Source of the DNA: Candidatus Dormiibacterota bacterium | GTDB taxonomy: Bacteria > Chloroflexota > Dormibacteria > Aeolococcales > Bog-877 | Length of the DNA stretch: 50,944 nucleotides | Direction of reading: 5' to 3' | Assembly (NCBI GenBank): GCA_013044295.1 | Contig: JABEUU010000086.1 | Span: 1-50,944, forward strand | Shown: piece by piece, positions 8,259 through 16,848 of the stretch | Position numbering within the stretch: the stretch's first letter is position 1 | Layout of the letters: every line of letters begins with the position of its first letter | Notes under the pieces: model-generated | The model's input: the letters and a program-made list of their open reading frames with translations, nothing else | Told to the model about the DNA's origin: nothing | Database searches by the model: none | Translations under genes and position numbers: made by a program

Positions 8259-9628
8259 ACCGTCACCGCCTGCGCCGCACCCCTGGGCACCAGCTCGCCA
8301 AGCGCGGTTTGGTAGCGGGCGATGGCCGCCGGCGAGCTGGTCTCGGTGGCGCACACCAGATGGCAGTTGACCAGCTCCGGATCGACGCCGCCCAGAGGGT
8401 AGCCGCCCAGGATCCCCTGCTGCTCCAGATGCCCAAGGGTGAGCTCGGCCGGCTGGGGCCCCTCCAGCACGAACTCCCACAGAAACGGTTGCTCGGGGAA
8501 CCGGAGCCGGAAACCCGGCACTGCCTCCAGCCGGGCCGCCAGCTCGTGGGCGCGCCGGTAAGAGATGTCGGCGACCTGGCGGAGCCCGGCCTCGCCCATC
8601 TTGGCGAGATAGGTCGTCGCGGCCAGAGCCATCAGAGCGTGGTTGGTGCAGATGTTGGAGGTGGCCCGCTCGCGGCGGATGTGTTGCTCTCTGGTCTGCA
8701 GGGTCAGGCAGTAGGCCCGCCCCCCACGGGAGTCCTTGGTCATGCCGACCAACCGGCCGGGAATCCGGCGGACCAACTCCTGGCGACAGGCGAGCAGTCC
8801 GACGGTGGGACCTCCCAGCTGGGGAGGTATTCCCAGCTGTTGCCCGTCGCCGGCTGCGATGTCGGCGCCCAATGCCCCGGGAGGCTCCACCACCGCCGCC
8901 GCCACTGGATCCGCCACCACCAGGGCCAGGGCCCCAGCGCCATGAGCGAGTTCCACCAGCTGAGCGACGGGCTCGAGGAGACCCAGGAAGTTCGGCTGAG
9001 GCGTGATCACGACGGCGGCCTCGCCCTGGCTCAGGAGTTGCTCCGCGGCGACTAAATCGGCCGTCCCGGCCACGGTTGGGATCAGGACCAGGTCGGCGCC
9101 CCTCCCCGAGATGTAGGTCTTCAGCACCGCCAGGATCTCGGGGTGGAGGGAGGCCACGGCCAGGACCCGGCGCCGTCCGGTGTGCAGAGTGGCCAGGAGC
9201 GCTCCCTCGGCGGTGGCGGTGGCGGCGTCGTACATCGAGGCGTTGGCGACATCGAGGTCGTACAGCTCGGCCACCATTGACTGGAACTCGAAGATGGTCT
9301 GCAGGTATCCCTGGCTGGCCTCTGCCTGATAGGGCGTGTAGGCGGTGTAGAACTCGGGCCGGCCAATCGTGGCGCCCACCACCGCCGGGATGAATCGGGA
9401 GTAGATCCCCGCCCCCAGGAAGCAGTCCCACTGCCCGAGAGGTCGGTTGGCATCGGCCAGACGCCGCATCTCCTGGCCCAGCTCCAGCTCGCTCAGAGGC
9501 GAGGGCAGGTCCAAGACCGGGTGGAGCAGGTGCCCGGGAATCTCACGAAACAGCTGCTCCTGGGTGTCCAGGCCCAGCGCGGCCAGCATCTCGGCTCGAT
9601 CGACATCGGAATTGGGCAGGTAAGCCAT
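8255..9628 (-). CDS. gcvPA: Glycine dehydrogenase (decarboxylating) subunit 1
   Basis: The N-terminus is MAYLPNSDVDRAEMLAALG, and FLGAGIY, YTPYQAEASQG and ATSNICTN are present. Confidence 0.9.
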   Translation of the reverse strand: MAYLPNSDVDRAEMLAALGLDTQEQLFREIPGHLLHPVLDLPSPLSELELGQEMRRLADANRPLGQWDCFLGAGIYSRFIPAVVGATIGRPEFYTAYTPYQAEASQGYLQTIFEFQSMVAELYDLDVANASMYDAATATAEGALLATLHTGRRRVLAVASLHPEILAVLKTYISGRGADLVLIPTVAGTADLVAAEQLLSQGEAAVVITPQPNFLGLLEPVAQLVELAHGAGALALVVADPVAAAVVEPPGALGADIAAGDGQQLGIPPQLGGPTVGLLACRQELVRRIPGRLVGMTKDSRGGRAYCLTLQTREQHIRRERATSNICTNHALMALAATTYLAKMGEAGLRQVADISYRRAHELAARLEAVPGFRLRFPEQPFLWEFVLEGPQPAELTLGHLEQQGILGGYPLGGVDPELVNCHLVCATETSSPAAIARYQTALGELVPRGAAQAVTV

Positions 9629-9663
9629 TGGTCAGAAATTATCCCTGCGCTCCGAATCAGCTC

Positions 9664-10053
9664 TCAATGGGGGTCGGATTGCGCATAGGAATCGTACGCG
9701 GCGGCGTCCATCAGCCCGGCGGGGAGATCGCCCTCCAGCTTCAACCGGAACAGCCACCCGGTCTGGTAGGGGTCCTGGTTCACCAGCTCCGGGGTCGCCG
9801 TCAGCGCGGGGTTGACCTCGGCCACCTCGCCGCTGGCCGGAGAGTAGAGGTCGCTGGCCGCCTTGACGGACTCGATGGCCCCCAACCGGTCGCCGGCTTT
9901 GAGGTGAGCACCGACTGTGGGCAGCTCGAGGAAGATGACATCTCCAAGCTGAGACTGGGCGTGATCGCTGATGCCGACCAGAGCCTCGCCCTGGCCCTGC
10001 GGACACACCCATTCGTGAGTCCTGGTGAAACGGTAGGAATCGAGCTCGGGCAC
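9664..10053 (-). CDS. gcvH: Glycine cleavage system H protein
   Basis: The lipoyl-lysine motif is ESVKAASDLYSP, and THEWV is present. The GTG start has an AGGAGGAGG SD 8 nt upstream. Confidence 0.9.
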   Translation of the reverse strand: MPELDSYRFTRTHEWVCPQGQGEALVGISDHAQSQLGDVIFLELPTVGAHLKAGDRLGAIESVKAASDLYSPASGEVAEVNPALTATPELVNQDPYQTGWLFRLKLEGDLPAGLMDAAAYDSYAQSDPH

Positions 10054-10090
10054 CTGTTCAGCCTCCTCCTGGTGATGTGGCCGCTCCGGC

Positions 10091-11200
10091 TCAGCTGCCG
10101 GGCCTACGGTAGAACGGTAGCGGGACCACGGTGGCCTGGGCCCACTGCCCGAGCTCAGGCCTCAGCAGCACCTCCAGCTCGCCGCCCTCCACCTCCGCGC
10201 CGGGGATCACGCTGCCCATGGCGATGCCGTGCCCCAGGGTGAAGCTGAAGGACCCGCTGGTGACCACGCCCACCGGCTCCTGATTGCGATAGAGCAGCTG
10301 ATGTGGGCGGGCGATCTGGCGAGCTTCGAGGCTCAGGCCGACGAACCGCCTCGGCGGCGCGGTGGCGATCGCCTGGAGCGTGTCCCGACCGCGAAAGTCG
10401 CCCTTGCCCAGCTTCACCACCCAGCCCAGGCCGGCGGATATGGGGTCCGTGGTCTCGTCGATGTCCTGGCCGTAGAGGCGCAGGCCGGCCTCGAGCCGGA
10501 GGGTGTCCCGGGCCCCCAGGCCCGCGGGCAGCAGCCCCGAAGGCCCACCCTGCAGCTGGATCGCGTCCCAAAGCTGCCCCGCCGCCTCGGCCGGGCCGTA
10601 GAGTTCGAAGCCATCCTCCCCGGTGTAGCCGGTCCGAGAGATCCGAACCGGCACCCCCGCGACCAGGCCCGCGAGGTGGTGGTAGTAGCGGATGCCGGCC
10701 AGGTCGACCCCCTGCGCGAGGGGAGACAGAATCTCCAGCGCCAGCGGTCCCTGCACCGCCAGCAGGCAGGTGGCCGCGGAGACATCGTCCAGCTCAACTT
10801 CCGCGCCGGGCAGCTGGGCGCGCATCCAGGCCAGGTCGTGGTCATGACAGGCGGCGTTTACGACCACCATGTAGCCGTCCTCATCCTGGTAGACGAGCAG
10901 GTCATCGACGATGCCACCATCGTCACGGCACATCACCGTGTAGAGCGCCCGACCCGGCGCCAGCCTGGTGAGGTCGTTGGTGACCAGCGTCTGCAAATAG
11001 GCGAGCGCACCGGGACCGCGCACGGTCACCTCGCCCATGTGGGAGACATCGAAGAGCCCGGCCCTTTGCCGGACCGCCAAATGCTCCTCGCGGATGCTGC
11101 TGTACTGCATCGGCATCAGGTACCCGCCGAAGGGCACCATCCGGGCTCCCAATCGACGGTGGACCTGGTCGAGGGGCACCGTCTGAACGTGCTCGGTCAT
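10091..11200 (-). CDS. gcvT: Aminomethyltransferase (glycine cleavage T protein)
   Basis: Motifs are GARMVPFGGYLMPMQY, GLFDVSHMG, ISRTGYTGEDGFEL, GLGARDTLRLEAG and the C-terminal PFYRR. I trimmed to ATG 11200, which has a GGAGGAAGA SD and overlaps the upstream stop (ATGA 11197-11200). Confidence 0.9.
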   Translation of the reverse strand: MTEHVQTVPLDQVHRRLGARMVPFGGYLMPMQYSSIREEHLAVRQRAGLFDVSHMGEVTVRGPGALAYLQTLVTNDLTRLAPGRALYTVMCRDDGGIVDDLLVYQDEDGYMVVVNAACHDHDLAWMRAQLPGAEVELDDVSAATCLLAVQGPLALEILSPLAQGVDLAGIRYYHHLAGLVAGVPVRISRTGYTGEDGFELYGPAEAAGQLWDAIQLQGGPSGLLPAGLGARDTLRLEAGLRLYGQDIDETTDPISAGLGWVVKLGKGDFRGRDTLQAIATAPPRRFVGLSLEARQIARPHQLLYRNQEPVGVVTSGSFSFTLGHGIAMGSVIPGAEVEGGELEVLLRPELGQWAQATVVPLPFYRRPGS

Positions 11201-11805
11201 TCTTCCTCCATCTCCCCCAGCGACTCCATCAGCTCGGCGTCGTGCTGTGAGCTCGCCTCGGCCACCGCCCGCCGCAGCTGCTGCACCCGCTCCTCGTCCC
11301 AGCCCAGCTGCAACGCGAGCTGACGATCCGTGGGCGGCTCCCCCGACTCCAACCTCAACTCGGCCTCTGTGACGAACAGTAGTTCGGCATCTCGTGCCCA
11401 CTGCTGGTCATGCTCCCGGGCCCTTGCCTCGTCCTCGATGGTGGCGTTGATGGACGTCGCCACCGCCGCACGGACCTGGGATAGGAACTCGTCGGCGCTG
11501 AGGTCGGTGCCTGGCGCCAGCCCGTGCACCACCTTGAGCAGTGCGGTGGTGCCCTCTTGAAAGAGATCCGCTGCGGGGATGCCCGGGGAGGCGGCGGCCT
11601 CGGCCGCCTCCAGCACCAGCCAGAGGTGCCGCTGCACCAGCTGACGCCGAGGATCAGCGTCGAGCCCGGGGTCCGCCACCTCGGACAGCAACCTGGCAGT
11701 GGCCCGGTTGTCAAGAGGAGGGAACTCGGCCACCATGCGCTGCAGGTGGGTGAGTTCGTCGGGGGCCTCGTCCGGTTCGTGCAGAGGGCCCTTAGCCGTT
11801 GCCAC
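11197..11805 (-). CDS. Sigma-70-like fragment protein (region 2 / region 3-like helices, no recognisable region 4, acidic tail)
   Basis: RHLWLVLEAAEAAASPGIPAADLFQEGTTALLKVV resembles sigma region 2.1-2.2. SGEPPTDRQLALQLGWDEERVQQL resembles the region 3 HTH. GTG 11805 lies 6 nt after a TATACT box, and an alternative ATG lies at 11736. The rest of the 461-aa track ORF is antisense to zwf. Confidence 0.55.
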   Translation of the reverse strand: MATAKGPLHEPDEAPDELTHLQRMVAEFPPLDNRATARLLSEVADPGLDADPRRQLVQRHLWLVLEAAEAAASPGIPAADLFQEGTTALLKVVHGLAPGTDLSADEFLSQVRAAVATSINATIEDEARAREHDQQWARDAELLFVTEAELRLESGEPPTDRQLALQLGWDEERVQQLRRAVAEASSQHDAELMESLGEMEEE

Positions 11806-11811
11806 AAGTCG

Positions 11812-11817
11812 AGTATA
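11812..11817 (-). promoter_or_regulatory. -10-like box TATACT, 6 nt upstream of GTG 11805 (leaderless-type promoter)
   Basis: The plus-strand AGTATA at 11812-11817 reads TATACT on the minus strand. The same box-to-start spacing recurs at other genes in the window. Confidence 0.45.
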
Positions 11818-11862
11818 GGCGCGCGCCAACACGCCCCTCCCCCGCCCGGCCGCAACCTCGCT

Positions 11863-11868
11863 TAAACT
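11863..11868 (+). promoter_or_regulatory. -10-like box TAAACT, 6 nt upstream of the zwf GTG (leaderless-type promoter)
   Basis: The sequence reads TAAACT-cgctga-GTG(11875). Confidence 0.45.
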
Positions 11869-11874
11869 CGCTGA

Positions 11875-13320
11875 GTGCCGCCAGAGCCTCTTCTCAGGAT
11901 CCCCCCCAATCAGGATCTGGTCGTTTTCGGGGCGACCGGGGACCTGGCCCGGCGCAAGCTGCTGCCAGCCCTCTATGAGCTCAGCCGCCAGGGCCTGCTG
12001 CCCCGTCGGGGCGAGGTTGTCGGCACCGCCAACGACGAACTCGACGATGAGGGCTTTCGGAGGCTCGCCCATGACGCCATAGAGGAGTTCTCGCGGACCG
12101 GCCTCGACGACCGGGCGTTCTCCGACTTCGCCCAGCGGCTGCGATACATCCCGGCGGTCAACGACCCCGGGCCCACCCTCGCCAGGACCCTGCAGTTGCC
12201 CCATCGGATCGTTTACCTGGCGGTGCCTCCCTCCTCCTTCGAGCCGATCCTCCAGGAGCTGAAGGGGGCGGGCATCGCCAAGGGCTCCTCGATCATCATC
12301 GAGAAGCCCTTCGGTCACGACCTGGCCTCGGCGCAGGTGCTCAACCGGGCGCTGCAGCGGATCGTTCCCGAGGAGAGGATCTACCGGATAGACCACTACC
12401 TGGGCAAGGAGACCGTCCAAAATCTCCTGGTTTTCCGCTTCGGCAACACCTTGATCGAGAAGATATGGAACCGCGAAGTGGTGTCTCATGTCCAATTGAC
12501 AGTTGCCGAAGACATCGGAGTTGAGAGTCGAGGACACCTCTACGAGGAAACCGGGGCTATGCGCGACATCATGCAGAACCATCTCTTCCAGCTGCTTGCC
12601 CTGACCTGCATGTCTCCTCCCAGTTCTTTCGATCCGGAAGCTCTGAGGGACGAAAAGGTCAAGGTTCTGCAGTCAATCCATCCGGTCTCTCCAGCGGAGG
12701 TTGTGCGGGGACAGTACACCAGGGGCTCAGTGCGAGGCAAGACGATGCCCGGTTACCGGGAGCTGGAGGGCGTCTCCCCAGACTCCAACACCGAGACCTA
12801 CATCGCCCTTCGCCTGGCCGTCGATTCCTGGGAGTGGGCCGGGGTGCCGTTCTACCTCCGCTGCGGCAAGGCGTTGGTCACGCGCCGGACCGAGATCATG
12901 CTCTTCTGCCGCGACGTGCCGCTGCACCTCTTCGAGGGAACTGGGATCGAGGCTCTGCAGCCAAACCGGGTGACCATTCGGATTCAGCCGGACGAGGGCA
13001 TCTCCTTCTCCTTCGTGGCCAAAAAGCCAGGCCCGACCGTGGTCGAGCAGGGGGTGCGAATGGACTTCTCTTATGGCCAATCTTTCAAGACCGAGCCCGC
13101 GGAGGCCTACGAGAGGCTGCTCCACGACGCCCTGCTCGGCGACCACACCTTGTTCATCCGCCAGGACGAGACCGAGTACGCCTGGAAGGCTCTCCAGCCG
13201 GTCCTTGACGACATGCCTCGGATCAACCTGTACCCGGCCGGCAGCGAGGGGCCGGTGGAGGCCCAGGAACTGATGCTCTCCGGGGCATGGCACAGCCTGG
13301 CCCACCACGCCGACGATTAG
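11875..13320 (+). CDS. zwf: Glucose-6-phosphate 1-dehydrogenase
   Basis: Motifs are VVFGATGDLARRKL, IIEKPFGHD, RIDHYLGKE and MQNHLFQLL. Confidence 0.92.
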   Translation: MPPEPLLRIPPNQDLVVFGATGDLARRKLLPALYELSRQGLLPRRGEVVGTANDELDDEGFRRLAHDAIEEFSRTGLDDRAFSDFAQRLRYIPAVNDPGPTLARTLQLPHRIVYLAVPPSSFEPILQELKGAGIAKGSSIIIEKPFGHDLASAQVLNRALQRIVPEERIYRIDHYLGKETVQNLLVFRFGNTLIEKIWNREVVSHVQLTVAEDIGVESRGHLYEETGAMRDIMQNHLFQLLALTCMSPPSSFDPEALRDEKVKVLQSIHPVSPAEVVRGQYTRGSVRGKTMPGYRELEGVSPDSNTETYIALRLAVDSWEWAGVPFYLRCGKALVTRRTEIMLFCRDVPLHLFEGTGIEALQPNRVTIRIQPDEGISFSFVAKKPGPTVVEQGVRMDFSYGQSFKTEPAEAYERLLHDALLGDHTLFIRQDETEYAWKALQPVLDDMPRINLYPAGSEGPVEAQELMLSGAWHSLAHHADD

Positions 13321-13925
13321 CCGAGGGTCCCTCCCATCCGAGCCGGCACCTGATCGGGCACCAACTGATCGGCCTCAATCCAGCCCTCCTCGGCATCCTC
13401 GCCGGCCCCCGCCCTGACCTTCACCCATCGCCCGTGCTGCTGGAGGGCGACCAGCGGGCTGGACGGACGCACGGCGCGGCCCCGACGAGCCTCGTGGGCG
13501 GGTTCCAGATAGATCGGGTAGCCGGTGCCCGCCCAGCTCTGCACGATCGTGCAGTTGCCCGGGGGGATCGCCCGGTACCGGTAGACCGTGTGGGCGTCGA
13601 CCTGCCCCTGGCTGAGGATCCGGATCAGGTTGGTCGCCCGCATGGTGGCCCTGCGATCACCCACGGTGGTCACCGTCACCCGGGTGCCGGCATCTCCGTT
13701 GTCGCATTCGATCCTGATTCGATGGCGCGGGTACCTGACCTTGCTCCACTGCCCGAACATCCCGTTGGCAATGTCCTGGACCGCCTCGGCGGTACGATCA
13801 TCGACCACCCGAAAGCTGAACGGCGGCAGCCCCAGGACCTGTTCGGCGATGGCGAACACCTCTCGTGGCGGAGCGAAGACCACCGCCTCCCAGTGGTCGC
13901 TGCGACGCTTTCCCAAGTAGAGCAC
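13317..13925 (-). CDS. Hypothetical protein with a C-terminal SH3-like segment
   Basis: The ORF is 202 aa. TAGACT (minus strand, 13932-13937) lies 6 nt upstream of GTG 13925. The C-terminal WVKVRAGAGEDAEEGWIEADQLVP resembles a bacterial SH3. No family was recognised otherwise. Confidence 0.55.
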   Translation of the reverse strand: MLYLGKRRSDHWEAVVFAPPREVFAIAEQVLGLPPFSFRVVDDRTAEAVQDIANGMFGQWSKVRYPRHRIRIECDNGDAGTRVTVTTVGDRRATMRATNLIRILSQGQVDAHTVYRYRAIPPGNCTIVQSWAGTGYPIYLEPAHEARRGRAVRPSSPLVALQQHGRWVKVRAGAGEDAEEGWIEADQLVPDQVPARMGGTLG

Positions 13926-13965
13926 AGAGCAAGTCTACTGTTGCGGCGGGCCGGGAGCCATCCCC

Positions 13966-15027
13966 TCAGGTGAGCAGCGGCCGACGCCGCAGCATCCATG
14001 CCTCCAACCGGTGTGCGGGGGTATCGAGGGGACCCAGCATGGGAGCCACCAGCAACCCGCTGTGAGAGGCGAGACGCCCTCCCCAGCGGGTTTTGAACAG
14101 GGCGTAACCGTGAGCCGGGTTGCTGCGGTCGAAATTGCGGGGAACCCCCCACATGTCGTACTCGCTGCACCCGTGCTGAATTCCCCACTGAATCATGGTC
14201 CAGTGCAGGGCGTAGCTGGCCCGAACCTCGGGCCTAGCGGTCGAGGTGCCCCCGTACAGGTAGATCAGGCGCGGGCCGCAGGCGGTCCCGACCGCGCCCG
14301 CCAGGGGTTCACCGTCAAGAGCGGCCAGGAACACCCAGGCTCCCAGCTCCTCGACCGCCGCCTCGTAGTAGGAGAGGGGCCTGCCCTGGAACTTCTGGCG
14401 GCCAACGGTCTGGAGGTGAAGTTGGTAGAAACGGGCGACGTCCCGGGGATCGCGTCCGATCGAAACCTCCACCTTCGCCCGTGCTGAGATGTTGATGTTG
14501 CGTCTGGTGGAGGCGGGCAGGGCGGCCAGGGCGGCCCGGGCGCTGGAGGGGAGGTCGACCAGCCAAGTTCGCCGGTGCTGGATGTCGAAGTGAGCTGGCC
14601 GCAGGCGCAGGCGCTGCCGCAGGGTGGTCGCCTCCACGGCGTCGAGATCCCACTCAGGGTCCAGTCGGAGTAACGGTATCCCTCTTCGCAGGAGCTCGAT
14701 CCGAGCTCGTGATAAGAGCCGCTCGGCCGCCCTGAGATCAGATGAGCTGGCAAGCGCGGGCCCCCGGGGGGCGTAGGCCCAGCCCAGGCCCCCCGGCAGA
14801 AGCTTTCGGTAGAGGATCTGAATCGCAGCTCGCCAGCCGGCCTCGCCCTCCGCGGTCAGACGCAGCACCCGCCAGCCCGAACGCCGCCGCAGCTCTCCCC
14901 AACCCCAAGTCTGCATCAGGATCCCTCCGCAGGAGCCGGTCACGAAGGTGTCCCAGGCTTCCCTGTCTGCGGGCCCCGCCAGGCGGACCGCGACCTCAGG
15001 GGAGAGGTCGTCGGGGGCGCTGGGCAT
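13966..15027 (-). CDS. FemAB-family peptidoglycan bridge-formation aminoacyltransferase (FemX-like, no coiled-coil insert)
   Basis: Motifs are QTWGWGELRR, YLYGGTSTARPEVRASYALHWTMIQWGIQHGCSEYDMWGV and FKTRWGG. I trimmed to ATG 15027, which lies 6 nt after CATAAT. Confidence 0.8.
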   Translation of the reverse strand: MPSAPDDLSPEVAVRLAGPADREAWDTFVTGSCGGILMQTWGWGELRRRSGWRVLRLTAEGEAGWRAAIQILYRKLLPGGLGWAYAPRGPALASSSDLRAAERLLSRARIELLRRGIPLLRLDPEWDLDAVEATTLRQRLRLRPAHFDIQHRRTWLVDLPSSARAALAALPASTRRNINISARAKVEVSIGRDPRDVARFYQLHLQTVGRQKFQGRPLSYYEAAVEELGAWVFLAALDGEPLAGAVGTACGPRLIYLYGGTSTARPEVRASYALHWTMIQWGIQHGCSEYDMWGVPRNFDRSNPAHGYALFKTRWGGRLASHSGLLVAPMLGPLDTPAHRLEAWMLRRRPLLT

Positions 15028-15033
15028 GCCGCG

Positions 15034-15039
15034 ATTATG
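15034..15039 (-). promoter_or_regulatory. -10-like box CATAAT, 6 nt upstream of ATG 15027
   Basis: The plus-strand ATTATG at 15034-15039 reads CATAAT on the minus strand, followed by cgcggc and then ATG. Confidence 0.4.
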
Positions 15040-15089
15040 CCGATCCTGGACCGGCCAGCTCGGCAAAAGCAGCGTAGACTGAAGTCGCT

Positions 15090-15869
15090 ATGCGCCATGT
15101 GGCGATCGTGAGCGCGGCTCTGGGAGCCGGAGGCTTTGCCCTTGGGGCGCAGCTCCCAGTTCTGGCGGCCAGGGTGGGGCCGCAAACTGCGCCGGCCATG
15201 AGTCGTCCGCTGACGCTCCCCGCAGGGCTGGAATTCCTGGCAGATCCCACGCTGGTGTTCGGCCTGCTCCTATTGGCGCTGCTCGGGATCGGGGTGGAAC
15301 TGGTCCACCCCGGCGCGCTGGTGCCGGGCATTGTCGGCCTGCTGGCCGGGGCCGCCGCGATCGTGGGCCTGGTGGCGCTGCCCCTGGATCCAATCGGGTT
15401 GGCGCTGGTGGGGGCGGCGGTGGCGCTGTTCATCTTGGACATCTCGATTCCCAGCCATGGCGCCGTGAGTCTGCTCGGGATCATCGCGGCCATCGCCGGC
15501 GGCTGGCTCCTGTTCCGGAGTCCGGGGGTCAACCCGATCGCGCTGCTGGGACTTCCTTTGGGAATGGGCGCGCTCTGGGTGACCGCCAGCGGGCGGGCGC
15601 TCGCCGTCCGCCACCGGCCATTTCCGCAGACCCCAAACGAGCTGCTCGGCATGACGGGTGTGATCCGGGAGCGAGCGGCTCCCCTCGGCCTGGCCGAGGT
15701 CGGGGGAGAGCTCTGGCGAACTGTCGCCCGGGATGATTCGACCCTGGAGGTCGGCAGCCAGATCGAGGTGCTGGCGCAGGACGGGTTCACCTTAATCGTC
15801 AGGTTGACGGGGCCGCCGGCGCCATCTCTTTCCTCCCGACCGGCTGCGGCCGTCGGCCGGGATCGGTAA
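15090..15869 (+). CDS. NfeD-family membrane protein (membrane domain plus C-terminal OB-fold, no protease domain)
   Basis: Several hydrophobic helices are followed by GMTGVIRERAAPLGLAEVGGELWRTVARDDSTLEVGSQIEVLAQDG (NfeD OB domain). It lies immediately upstream of an SPFH gene, which is the classic pairing. TAGACT lies 9 nt before the ATG. Confidence 0.75.
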   Translation: MRHVAIVSAALGAGGFALGAQLPVLAARVGPQTAPAMSRPLTLPAGLEFLADPTLVFGLLLLALLGIGVELVHPGALVPGIVGLLAGAAAIVGLVALPLDPIGLALVGAAVALFILDISIPSHGAVSLLGIIAAIAGGWLLFRSPGVNPIALLGLPLGMGALWVTASGRALAVRHRPFPQTPNELLGMTGVIRERAAPLGLAEVGGELWRTVARDDSTLEVGSQIEVLAQDGFTLIVRLTGPPAPSLSSRPAAAVGRDR

Positions 15870-15886
15870 CCAGGAGGAATTGCTCG

Positions 15887-16756
15887 ATGAGCGGGACTCT
15901 ACTGGCGGTGGTGGTCGTGGTGGCGGTGCTGGCGCTCCTGATCTTGATTGCTTTCGCGACCGGCTTTCGGGTGATCAACGAGTACGAACGGGGAGTGGTG
16001 CTCCGCCTGGGTCGGCTGATCGATGTCAAGGGGCCCGGGCCACGGCTCATAATTCCATTCGGCTTCGACCGGATGGTGAAGGTGGATCTTCGAGTCATGG
16101 TCCATGAGGTTCCGGCCCAGGACGTGATCACCAGCGACAACGTCACCGTGCGCGTGACCGCGGTGGTCTTCTTCCGGGTGGTGGACGCCCGAGACTCCTA
16201 TGTCAAGGTGCGGGACTACATGAGCACCATCTCCAAGACCGCCCAGACCACCCTGCGGTCCATCTTGGGCCAGTCCACCCTGGATGAACTGCTCAGCCAG
16301 CGGGAGCAGGTGAACGCCAAACTGCAGGCCGTGATCGATGAGCAGACGGAGCCCTGGGGGGTCAAGGTGACCGCGGTGGAGGTCAAGGATGTCGACCTGC
16401 CCCAGTCGATGCAGCGCGCGATGGCGCTCCAGGCCGAGGCCGAGCGCGAGAAGCGGGCCAAGATCATCAGGGCCCAGGGGGAGTTCCAGGCCTCGCAGAC
16501 CCTGGCGGACGCCGCCAAAGTGATCGGCACCCAGCCCGCAACCCTGCAGCTGCGCTACCTGCAGACACTCTCTGAGATCGGAGCCGACCAGAACACCGTG
16601 GTGGTGTTTCCGGTGCCGCTCGACATGTTCGAGCCCTTCCTGCAACTCAAGCGGCAGGAGACGGCCAAGAACGGCCACAAGGTGGTGGCTGGCGACGCTC
16701 CCGCCGTGGGCACCCGGCCATCTGCCGGCGATGGAACGGGGGGCCCGGTCAGCTGA
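15887..16756 (+). CDS. SPFH/Band-7 (stomatin-like) protein
   Basis: An N-terminal TM segment is followed by FRVINEYERGVVLRLGR, DVITSDNVTVRVTAVVFFRV and an AEAEREKRAKII coiled-coil. An AGGAGG SD is present. Confidence 0.9.
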   Translation: MSGTLLAVVVVVAVLALLILIAFATGFRVINEYERGVVLRLGRLIDVKGPGPRLIIPFGFDRMVKVDLRVMVHEVPAQDVITSDNVTVRVTAVVFFRVVDARDSYVKVRDYMSTISKTAQTTLRSILGQSTLDELLSQREQVNAKLQAVIDEQTEPWGVKVTAVEVKDVDLPQSMQRAMALQAEAEREKRAKIIRAQGEFQASQTLADAAKVIGTQPATLQLRYLQTLSEIGADQNTVVVFPVPLDMFEPFLQLKRQETAKNGHKVVAGDAPAVGTRPSAGDGTGGPVS

Positions 16757-16848
16757 GCCTGGCGGACGCGGCGGACGGGAACCACTCGGGGCTCGGTTGG
16801 GCCGGGAGGTTTCTGCTGCTCGGGTCTGGTGAGTTCCAGGAGTGGGCC

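Noticed and set aside
6774-9431. Over-long track ORFs that look like fusions or large N-terminal extensions. Examples are 6774-9431 (885 aa), 20495-22420 (641 aa), 21814-22788, 24459-25433, 10091-11401, 11197-12582, 29803-31278, 32151-33638, 40256-41581, 43362-44480, 46748-48160 and 47682-48869.
   Set aside because: The upstream portions overlap neighbouring real genes in another frame or are low-complexity. Homology onset, SD motifs and 4-nt overlaps point to the internal starts given in the feature list.
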